NCBI GenBank assembly: GCA_035479375.1
Contig: DATIIT010000009.1
Coordinates: 5,073-69,072, forward strand
Reading direction: 5' to 3'
DNA length: 64,000 bases
DNA from: Candidatus Saccharimonadales bacterium
GTDB taxonomy: Bacteria > Patescibacteriota > Saccharimonadia > Saccharimonadales > UBA4665
In this document: one piece after another, positions 18,754 to 28,300 of the stretch
Layout: every line of letters starts with the position of its first letter
Position numbering within the stretch: the first letter of the stretch is position 1
Made by a program: the position numbers and the translations under genes
Notes under the pieces: model-generated
What the model saw: only the letters and a program-made list of their open reading frames with translations
Told to the model about the DNA's origin: nothing
The model's database searches: none

Positions 18754-21700
18754 ATGCGACACACCGCGCTCAAACTGAAGCTAGTTGCCAGCAAGCCATT
18801 GCTGGCCCTGTGTTTGCTGACGCCGGTGCTGCTGTTTGGCGTGGCGACCCAGTACCTGGCTGGCGGCCGGGCGTCTGCGGCCACAGCTGGCACGATCAAC
18901 TTCCAGGCGCGCCTCATGACCAACACCGGCGCCATTGCCGCGGACGGCGACTACAACGTGGAGTTCAAGCTGTACGACACCTTTAGCACCGGCGGCACCG
19001 CCCAGGGTGTCTGTACTGGAAACTGTAAGTGGGTCGAGACGCGTACTAGCGGCAACAAGATCCATGTGGCCAATGGCTACATCAGCGCCAATTTGGGCAG
19101 CGTCACCAGCTTCCCCACGACGATTAACTGGGACCAGGACATCTGGCTGACCATGAACATCGGTGGCACGGGCACGCCCAGTTGGGACGGCGAAATGTCG
19201 CCGCGCCTGAAGCTAACCGCCGTGCCATACGCGTTCCGTGCCGGCCAGCTAGCTAGCCTGGCCGGCAGTAACACTGGTGTGCTGCAGTTTGCTGCTAGCT
19301 TAGGGCAGGCCACGACGATCACGTTGCCCGACCCGGGCGCCACCACGGCAACGGTTTGTTACCAGGCCTCCACCAGCTGTGGTTTTGCCACGGGCACCTC
19401 GGGGAGCTACATCCAGAACGCCCTGACCCAGCAGACAGCTAACTTCAACATCATCGGGAACAATACGGCGAACCCCACGGCGCAGATCCAGGGCATTGCC
19501 AGCGGCACGAAGCCGGTTTTGCAGCTGCTGGGCGGCTCCACGCCGGGCAGCGGCGAGGACATTTTGAACCTCCAGGACTCCACGGCCACGAACACATTTT
19601 TTAAGGTCGACAACGCCGGGCTGGCCACGCTGAACAAAGGCCTGACGGTTTCTGGCGGCCAGGTGAGCATCAACGACACCTCCAACTTCAACACCAAGAT
19701 TAACACTGGCACGTCCACGGGAACCGTGCAGATTGGCAACAGCAGCAACGGGGGCACGCTGACTCTGCAAAGCTCCACCACGATCGCCATTGCCACCACA
19801 AACTTTAACGTTTCCACCACGGGCTTAGTAACCTTGGCGGGCGGCCTGACACCGGATGTCACCACCGCCGCCAACGGCAGCGGCTCGGCCAACGCCATTA
19901 CGCTGACGCCGGGCTCGTCCGGCGGCGCTTCCTCTAACGGCGCGGCGCTCAACCTAAACGGCGGCGCGGCCACCGGCACTACCAGTGTTACCGGCGGCGC
20001 GGTCACGATCCAGGCTGGCAGCGCCACTGGCGGCAGCGGCACGCGCAACGGCGGCTCGGTGAATATTGACGCCGGTACGGGCGCCTCGGCGGCGGGTAAT
20101 ATTAACATCGGCCAGAGCAGTGTGGGCTCAACAATTAACCTGGGCAGCACCACCCAGAGCACCGGCACACAGACGCTCAACGTGGGCAACAATAACACCT
20201 CCGGTTCAACAACCAATGTGACGATAGGCGCCGGCCTGGGCGCTACGGCCGGCACCACCACCTTGCAGTCCAAGACAACGTTGCAGCTTACCAGCGGCAC
20301 GACCACGTCGATTAACACCGCGGCGTCCACCACGGCCTCAACAGGCGCTATCACGATTAAATCTGGTGACGCCAGCAGCGGCACCAACCTGAGCGCCGGA
20401 ACGGTCACGCTTGACACCGGTACACACACCGGCGCCGGCACGGGTACGCTCAACCTGGGCAACGCCAACGCCACCAGCATCCAGCTTGGCAACACCGGCA
20501 GCACCACGGCCATAACCGGCACGCTCAATATTAACGACAACGCCAACTTTAACACCAAGATTAACACGGGCACATCTACCGGCACGATCAGCATTGGCAA
20601 CAGCGCTTCGGGCACGCTCGCGCTGCAAGGCGGCGCGGCGACCTCGCTGGTGGTGAACAACGGCGCGGGCAACACTACCACGCTCAACTTTACCGCACCG
20701 AGCGGCACCAACACTATTACGTTCCCGGCGGCGAGCGGCACGGTGCAGCTGGCGCCGGCCACTGGCGGGTATATCCAGCAAGTGCCGGCCACGACGCTTA
20801 TTAACACGATTGCGCCAACAGCGGCCAGTGTGGTGGCGCTCACCATAAAAGGCACCACCGGCACGCAAGCGCACGTCCTGGAAATTTTCAACTCGGCTGG
20901 CACGCCAACGCTGCAAGATTACTTCGATGGCAATGGCTTGCTCAACGTGAGCCAAATTATCCAGCCCACGGCCAATAACACGATTGACCTGGGCACCAGC
21001 AGCGCTGCCTTCCACACCGGTTACTTTGGCACGAGCGTGGTGACGCAGTCGGTTGTGAGCAGCGGCACGAACGCAATCAACCTAGACACCGGCGGCGTGG
21101 CGGCGATTAACATTGGCGTGAACGGCATAAGCGTGAACGGCATTAACATAGGCAACACCACCAGCAACCCCAACGTGGCCTTCAACGGCTCGGGTACGTT
21201 TGGCACCACCACGGGCAACGTGTCCTTGAACGGCGCAACCCAGGTTGCGGCCAACAAGAACTTCTCGCTGGCGGCCGGCACGGGCACGATTGCCCAGACG
21301 TTCTCGTCTGCCGCTGCGGGCAACGCCCAGACGTTTAGCTTTGCCAATACCAACACGGGTGCGGGCGTCGCCATCCAGGGAGTTAACATTACGCCTACCA
21401 ACACCAGCACGGCCACCAGCGGCACGAACCAGCTCAACCTTATTAACTTTGCGGCCGGCGGCGCGCTAGGCGGCACGGACAACACCAACGGCATTAACTT
21501 TGCCTCGGCCACGGGCTACACCAACTTTATTAAGACGCCGACGTTTGTGTTGAACTCGGCCGGGGCGATTAGCGGCGTGAACACATATAATGGCCTGACG
21601 CTGACGAGCGCCGCCGATGGCTTTACGGTGGCCGGCGGCACTACCTCGCGCACGTTAACGGTCACGGGTGCAGACATCACCATTGGCAGCACGATTAAGC

Positions 21701-24700
21701 CCACCAGTGCTGGCGCCTTGACGGTGCAGGCCAACGGCGCTAACTCCTTGAGCTTGACCGCCGGCGCGGCCTCCACCTGGGACATTGGCAACAACTTGCT
21801 GTCGCTGCAGACCACGAACAACGGCGCGGTACAGACCGGCACCGGGCTGTGGACGCAGGGCGGAAACATTACGTTTAACGGCACCACGGCACGCACGATT
21901 ACCGGGCCAAGCACCGGCGGCCTGACGATTACGGTGGACAGCGGGCCGTTGGCGCTGACGACGACCACCTCTGGTGGGTTGTCGCTCAACTCTGTGGGTG
22001 CGCTGAGCCTCACCGGCGCTGCGGCCTCTACCTGGAGCACGGGCTCGGCAGCTTTAACGTTGCAGTCGGGCAACTTTAACGTGGCCAGCGGTGGGCGCGT
22101 GACATTAGCTGGTGGCCAGGCGCCGGACATCAGCACCGCAGTCACCAGCGGTGTGGCCGCAGCGCTCACCCTGCAGCCGGGCACGGCCACCGGCGCCAAC
22201 AACGGTGCTACGGTGACGCTGCAAGGCGGCACGGCCGGCGGCACTGGGGTGAAGGGGCTTATCCAGCTCAACGGCAGTACGTACTTTACCACGGGTAGCT
22301 ACTCCAGTGGTACTACAGCCACGATTACCCAAAGCTTGGTGGACTCCAACTCGGCCATTACTGCCACGGCCACGGCGGCCAGCCTGGTGTTTACGGTGCC
22401 GTCACCTACCATTACCACGGCCGGGCGCGTCTTATATATAACAAACGTTGGCGGCACGAACGCGTTCACCTTGGCCGGTGCCGGCACCAGCTTTACGCTG
22501 AACACTGGCAGCACGGCCACGCTCATGTGGAGTGGCTCGGCCTGGACAAGCGCCGGCGTGGACGCCAGCACGCTGCAGAACGTGTACAACAACTCCACGG
22601 GCAACACCACGCCAGAGATTTTGCTGGACACCACGCGCCGCGGTATCGACATCCAGGACGCCAACACCACCCTGGGTTCTACCGAGGCCTTGTTGGCGGT
22701 GCGGGCCAGCGCCACGGCCAGCACCCTGGGCACTGGTTTGTTCGTGGTCAACGCCAGCGGCAAGGTGGGTATTAACACCGGCAGTACCTCGACCACGCCA
22801 ACGATTAGCTACGATGTGTCGCTTGGCCAGATCGCCGGTGCCACCACGGCGCGCACGATTGGCGTGGAAGCGCAGGGCACCACCAACATCGGCGGCAACG
22901 GCTTGTCGCTTACGGCCGGCACCGGCAACGGCACCGCCGCCGGCGGCCAGCTGACCTTACAGGGCGGCGGTACTGGTACTGGCGCGGCTGCCGTGGGCGG
23001 CGCGGTGCTGATTCAGGGCGGTACCTCCAGCGGTGCTTCAGGCGCCAGCAACGGTGGTACGGTGACACTACAAGGCGGCACGGCCGGCACTGGCGGCACA
23101 AAGGGCCTCATCCAGCTCAACGGCGCGACGTACTTTACCACCGGTAGCTACTCCAGCGGGTCGACCTCTAGCATTACCCAGAGCTTAATTGACTCTAACT
23201 CGGCCATTTTGGCCACGGCGACCGCAACGAGCCTGACGTTTACGGTGCCGTCGCCGACGGTCACTACCGCATCGGGCCGCATCATATATATAAGCAACGT
23301 GGGCACGAACCCGTTTACCCTAGCTGGCGCCGGCACCAGCTTTACCTTGAATGCGGGGAGCACGGCGACCTTGTTGTGGAACGGCTCGGCCTGGACAAGC
23401 GCCGGCGTGGACGCCAGCACCTTGCAAAATGTCTACAACAACTCGGCGGCGTCGCCGACCCCAGAAATTTTGTTGGACAGCACCCGGCACGGGTTGGACA
23501 TCCAGGACGCCAACACCACCTTGGGCTCCACCGAGGCTCTATTAGCCGTGCGGGCAAGTGCCACCGCCACCAGCCTGGGCAACGGTTTGTTCGTGGTCAA
23601 CGCCAGCGGCAAGGTCGGCATTAACCTAAGCAGCACTTCCACCACACCCACGATCAGCAACGACCTATCCTTTGGCGCCGGCGCCAACCGCACGATTGGC
23701 GTGGAAGCGCAGTCCGCCAGTAACACCGCCGGCAACAACATCACCCTGGCGGGCGGCACGGCCAACGGCACCGGCGCCGGCGGCAACACGGTCTTGCAGG
23801 GCGGCGCGGCCTCGGCCACGGCTGGTTCTAACGGCGGCGGCATTACGCTTACGGCAGCGGCCGGCTCGGTAACCGGTACGGGCGGCGCCGGTGGCGCAGT
23901 GACGATCCAGGGCGGCAGCGCCGGCGGCAGCGGTAACAACAACGGCGGCGGCGTTACGGTGGGCTTGGGCGCTGCGACTGGCACCGGTACGCAGGGCACC
24001 TTCCAGGTCCAAAATGCCGTGGGCGCCAGCTTGCTCACGGTTGACCCCAGCAACACGGCGGCCAGCCTCAACCTTATCAGCAATGGTGGCGCCGAGAGCG
24101 GCAGCCCGCCCACCGGCTTTGCCGCGCAGGGCTCGGGCAGCTCGGTAGCGACAGGCACCGGCACGGATGCGGCGAGCGGCTCGCAGTCCGCCAAGGTAAC
24201 ATTTGGCACGACTGCCAACGCCGGTACTAAGATTAGCTTTGCCACAGCGCCTACGGCTAGCACCACAGTGAACTACATCGTGTCCTTCAGCGCCAAGCAG
24301 GTGTCTGGTACAGCGGTGGCGCCGGGAAACACGGCTTTGCAGGTGCTGTACTCGCCAGACAACGGTACCACGCTGACGGCCACCTGCAGCAACTACAGCT
24401 CGTCGGCCTCGCTGTCCACCACGGCCTGGACGAAGGTGAGCTGTACGTTCATCCCGGGTTCCACTACGGTTACCACTGCGCTCCTGATTATCCGCCAAGC
24501 CGACACGCCGGGCGTCAGCCGCGTTATCGACATCGACAACGTCAGTGTGGTGCAGCAGAACAGCTCGGGTGCCACCAACGTGGGCGACTTGAAGGTGGGC
24601 GGCGCGGTGAGCCAAGGCTTGACGCTGTTCACGCTGGACACCTACTCGGCTACGCCGTTTAGCGGCAGCAACGCCTCGCTGGCAGGCTCGATGTACTTTG

Positions 24701-25314
24701 ACACCAGCCAGGGCAAGATCCAGTGCTACGACGGCAGCAACTGGGGCGCTTGCGGCGCGGCGCCAAACACCATTGTGACGCTGACGCCGGAGTATGCCGG
24801 GGCGGTGTTGGACTCGGCCGGCGTGTCTACCAACATCGGTACGATGACCTCGGACTTCTGCGCCAACAGTGCGGCGCTGACGGTAGGCACGCTGTGCTCC
24901 AGCGGCGACGCCCGCAACTTCTACAAGTGGACCTCGCCGCAAGGCTCGCTGCAGTCCTACAGCATTTTTGTAACGTATAAGCTGCCGGCGACATTCAAGT
25001 CGTTTGTGGCGAGCAGCACCAGCCTGACCGGCTTGGTAGACAACACCACTAATGCCAGCGTGAAGTACGCGATATTCAAGAGCACAGGAAGCGCAGTTAC
25101 TAGCTGTAGCGCTACGGCCACGGTCGTGGGCGCGGGTACTGGCTCGGCTAACACCTGGACCACGGGCGTGGCCGGCACGCTCAGCGGCAGCACCGACCCG
25201 TCCACCTGCGGCTTTGTGGCTGGCAACAACATCATCTTCCAGATAACGGTCCAGGCAGACAACAACGCCAGCTCCTACCCGGAAAACCTTAACTTCCAGT
25301 ACTCCAACCAATAA
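18754..25314 (+). CDS. Giant secreted fibre/adhesin-like protein A (2186 aa) with CBM-like and C-terminal globular domains
   Basis: Signal peptide ending ..RASA|A; N-terminal INFQARL...LTAVPYAF domain; T/G/S/N-rich beta-repeats; 283-aa tandem duplication; NLISNGGAE...IDIDNVSV CBM4/9-like domain (~24064-24555). Confidence 0.75.
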   Translation: MRHTALKLKLVASKPLLALCLLTPVLLFGVATQYLAGGRASAATAGTINFQARLMTNTGAIAADGDYNVEFKLYDTFSTGGTAQGVCTGNCKWVETRTSGNKIHVANGYISANLGSVTSFPTTINWDQDIWLTMNIGGTGTPSWDGEMSPRLKLTAVPYAFRAGQLASLAGSNTGVLQFAASLGQATTITLPDPGATTATVCYQASTSCGFATGTSGSYIQNALTQQTANFNIIGNNTANPTAQIQGIASGTKPVLQLLGGSTPGSGEDILNLQDSTATNTFFKVDNAGLATLNKGLTVSGGQVSINDTSNFNTKINTGTSTGTVQIGNSSNGGTLTLQSSTTIAIATTNFNVSTTGLVTLAGGLTPDVTTAANGSGSANAITLTPGSSGGASSNGAALNLNGGAATGTTSVTGGAVTIQAGSATGGSGTRNGGSVNIDAGTGASAAGNINIGQSSVGSTINLGSTTQSTGTQTLNVGNNNTSGSTTNVTIGAGLGATAGTTTLQSKTTLQLTSGTTTSINTAASTTASTGAITIKSGDASSGTNLSAGTVTLDTGTHTGAGTGTLNLGNANATSIQLGNTGSTTAITGTLNINDNANFNTKINTGTSTGTISIGNSASGTLALQGGAATSLVVNNGAGNTTTLNFTAPSGTNTITFPAASGTVQLAPATGGYIQQVPATTLINTIAPTAASVVALTIKGTTGTQAHVLEIFNSAGTPTLQDYFDGNGLLNVSQIIQPTANNTIDLGTSSAAFHTGYFGTSVVTQSVVSSGTNAINLDTGGVAAINIGVNGISVNGINIGNTTSNPNVAFNGSGTFGTTTGNVSLNGATQVAANKNFSLAAGTGTIAQTFSSAAAGNAQTFSFANTNTGAGVAIQGVNITPTNTSTATSGTNQLNLINFAAGGALGGTDNTNGINFASATGYTNFIKTPTFVLNSAGAISGVNTYNGLTLTSAADGFTVAGGTTSRTLTVTGADITIGSTIKPTSAGALTVQANGANSLSLTAGAASTWDIGNNLLSLQTTNNGAVQTGTGLWTQGGNITFNGTTARTITGPSTGGLTITVDSGPLALTTTTSGGLSLNSVGALSLTGAAASTWSTGSAALTLQSGNFNVASGGRVTLAGGQAPDISTAVTSGVAAALTLQPGTATGANNGATVTLQGGTAGGTGVKGLIQLNGSTYFTTGSYSSGTTATITQSLVDSNSAITATATAASLVFTVPSPTITTAGRVLYITNVGGTNAFTLAGAGTSFTLNTGSTATLMWSGSAWTSAGVDASTLQNVYNNSTGNTTPEILLDTTRRGIDIQDANTTLGSTEALLAVRASATASTLGTGLFVVNASGKVGINTGSTSTTPTISYDVSLGQIAGATTARTIGVEAQGTTNIGGNGLSLTAGTGNGTAAGGQLTLQGGGTGTGAAAVGGAVLIQGGTSSGASGASNGGTVTLQGGTAGTGGTKGLIQLNGATYFTTGSYSSGSTSSITQSLIDSNSAILATATATSLTFTVPSPTVTTASGRIIYISNVGTNPFTLAGAGTSFTLNAGSTATLLWNGSAWTSAGVDASTLQNVYNNSAASPTPEILLDSTRHGLDIQDANTTLGSTEALLAVRASATATSLGNGLFVVNASGKVGINLSSTSTTPTISNDLSFGAGANRTIGVEAQSASNTAGNNITLAGGTANGTGAGGNTVLQGGAASATAGSNGGGITLTAAAGSVTGTGGAGGAVTIQGGSAGGSGNNNGGGVTVGLGAATGTGTQGTFQVQNAVGASLLTVDPSNTAASLNLISNGGAESGSPPTGFAAQGSGSSVATGTGTDAASGSQSAKVTFGTTANAGTKISFATAPTASTTVNYIVSFSAKQVSGTAVAPGNTALQVLYSPDNGTTLTATCSNYSSSASLSTTAWTKVSCTFIPGSTTVTTALLIIRQADTPGVSRVIDIDNVSVVQQNSSGATNVGDLKVGGAVSQGLTLFTLDTYSATPFSGSNASLAGSMYFDTSQGKIQCYDGSNWGACGAAPNTIVTLTPEYAGAVLDSAGVSTNIGTMTSDFCANSAALTVGTLCSSGDARNFYKWTSPQGSLQSYSIFVTYKLPATFKSFVASSTSLTGLVDNTTNASVKYAIFKSTGSAVTSCSATATVVGAGTGSANTWTTGVAGTLSGSTDPSTCGFVAGNNIIFQITVQADNNASSYPENLNFQYSNQ
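22201..23680 (+). repeat. Intragenic tandem duplication, period 849 bp (283 aa)
   Basis: NGATVTLQGGTAGG..KGLIQLNG.TYFTTGSYSSG...GVDASTLQNVYNN...KVGIN begins at 22201 and again at 23050; differences include many synonymous changes. Confidence 0.9.
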
Positions 25315-25392
25315 CCTGGCCGCCTTGGCAGCTTAGGTGCTACAATATAACCATTAGAGGAACTGCCGAAAGAGGTTGACGAGCCCACAGGC

Positions 25393-28300
25393 ATGGACGA
25401 TATAAAAAGACCAAAACCACACCGGGAGTATGCGCGCCGCCATGAGTACGGGGCACTGCCCCCGCGCCCACTTCCAGACCGCCACGCGCCACAGCCGCAC
25501 CATGCTGCGCCCGCACGCACCGTTGTGCGGCTGCGGTTCAAGAAACCCTCTGCCGGGCGGCTCAGGCCATACTTGCGGATGTGTAAAAATTTTTGGGTGC
25601 GCGTGGGGCTGGTGACGTCTGCTGCGGTGTTGGTGGCCATGGAGCTGATCATTATTTTGCAGCCGTATTTGGTGGCGCACACCTACGCGTTGGGCTCGGC
25701 CGACGCACTGCTGCAAAAGCCGGACGACTCACTGGCCGCCAAGCTGCAATTTGACGACTCTAAAGGCGACTTTAACTTCAACGACGGCTACAGCCCCTTG
25801 CAAAGCAGCGCCAGCGATGACGCCTCCGGCGGCGGCCCGCAAATCACCGCCAGCACCAACCAAGACGCCAGCAAAGGCCTGACGGTAAACGACCCGTTTA
25901 ACCAGCTCGGTTTTTCCATTACGCCACAGTTTAAGCTGCTGCCTGGCAAGCAAAACGCCAACCGCATTGTGTACCCCTTTGCCGACGGCACTGGCTGGTT
26001 GGTGTACACCATGCAGGCCACGGGTGTCAAAGAAGACGTTGTGCTGGACCACGCCAACGGCAACAACATGTCGCTGCGCTACACCATTAAGGTAGATAAC
26101 CAGTTTGCTGTACGCCAAAACCGCGACGGCTCGGTGGGTATTTACGGCAGCGATTCGCCGCTCACCGGCCAGGTCAGCACGGGCAGCGACAAAGACGCGG
26201 CGCTGCTGCGAAAAGCCCGCGAGCACATGGCTAAAAACAAGCTGTTCTTTAACTTGCCGGCTCCGGTGGCCTACGGCGTGAACGAGTCCAAAACAGACGT
26301 GGACGTGCACTACGAGCTGCACGGCAACACGCTCACCACCGTGGCCACCAACCTCAAAAAAGGCCGCTATCCGCTGACGATCGACCCTACAGTAACGGTC
26401 ACCAGCGCCTCAGACCTGTTCCGCGACACCAACCCAGACAGCAACGCCGACTTTAACGGCTCCACCGGCAACATCGCCCGCGGGGCAGTTACCGGCGGCG
26501 TTATCCCGGCATGGACGAACAACAGCAACAACATCGCCACCTCGCGCTTTTTAAATGGCGCCACTATTTATGATGACTATGCCTACGTGGCCGGCGGCGC
26601 CGGTGCCAACAGCACTACCGACCTTACCAGTATCGAGTTTGCTCGCCTGAGCAGCTCCGGCTCGTGCAGCACGTCGTGCATCGGCTCATGGTCTACTACC
26701 ACGGCGCTGTCCGCGGGGCTGTCGCGCTTTACGCTGTTGGCGTACAACGGCTATTTGTACGCCATTGGCGGCTCCACCACTAATACCAGCTGCGGCTCGG
26801 TGTCTAGCACGGTGTACTACAACCGCATCCAGGTCAACGGGCAGCTGAGCGCCACCTGGAACACCTCGCCGCTGCCGTCCGGTGTCTGCGGCGCGGGCGC
26901 CATGGCCTACAACGGCAAGATGTATGTGGCCGGCGGCCGTACCGGATCGGCTACTAACACGGGCGTGACCACCATGTGGTACGCCACCATTAACCCAGAC
27001 GGCAGCCTTACCACGTTCACCGCCGACGACTCAGTGCTGCCGGCTGCCCGCTTCGACGCCGACCTACGCGTCTACAACGGCTACATTTATATGATTGGCG
27101 GCAACCTAAACGGCACGCTCACGGCCACGGTCATTTACGCGCCCATCGCCAGTGACGGCAGCATTTATGGCACGGGTAGCGGGTCGTGGAAATCGGCTAG
27201 CAGCTTTGGCACGGCGCGCTCCAACATGGGCGAGACGTTTACCGCCACCAACGACGGCTTCATGTACGTGCAGGGCGGCTGCAGCGCCTACACCAGCGAT
27301 TCGTGCACCACGGTACAAAACGAGGTCCAGACCGCGCAGATCAACGCCGACGGCACGCTCGGCCCGTGGTCGGATGTGGCCACCAGCATCGCCTCGCTGT
27401 CGCGGGTGGGGAACTCCATTGTGCAGTGGCGCGGCACCATCTATAGCTTTGCCGGCTGCACAGGCATGAATGCCGGGGTGGTCTCGTGCGTGAGCGGCAA
27501 CACGCTGGCTACAGAATCGTACAGCAAAATTTCCACGCCAGGGCAGGTGGGGCCGGTAAACACCACTACGGTGTTGCCGACGGCGCGCTGGGCGCACGGC
27601 TCGGTGGTGAACGGCGGCTTTATTTACGTGATTGGCGGCTGTATTACCGCATCCTGCCAAACGGGCACTGCCGACACCACGGGCGCCACCAGCTTTGCGC
27701 CGCTTAACGCCGATGGCACGGTAGGCACCTGGACCACAGACAGCACGCACCTGCTTAATGGCGCCACCGGGTTGGCGGCATTTGGCGCCACGGTGTATAA
27801 CAATGTCATTTACGCCACGGGGGGTTATTCAGACGTCGCGCCCTCTAGCAACGTATTTTACATTTCAGTTAACAGTAGTACCGGCGCACTGAACAGTGGT
27901 GGGTGGACAACCCAGGCCAGTAAGCTTGGTGCCACCACCACCTACAATTCAGCGGTAGCGTACCACGACTTCCTCTTCGTGTTTGGCGGCTGTATTAACA
28001 GCACGAACGGACAAGCGGGATGCAACACCTACCGCAACAGCGTTTACCGTATGCCTATCGCGACAGGAGGAGCACCAGGCACGCTGACCACCAGCGCCGG
28101 TACGGGGTCGTTCTTAAACCTACCAACGGGCAAGGGGCTTATGGCGCCGGCCATGTATAACGGATATATCTACCTCGCGGGGGGTGCCACGAGCGCTGCT
28201 GGCCAAACCAACATCGTTTACTATGCCAAGATAAATGATGACGGCACAATTACCGCCTGGAACACCGCCACCGGCACCATGGTGCACACCCTGCGGCGCG

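Noticed and set aside
25330-25392. Lysine-riboswitch-like words (AGAGG, ACTGCCGAAAG) before the Kelch gene
   Set aside because: The leader is only ~60 nt, far too short, and the helices do not form.
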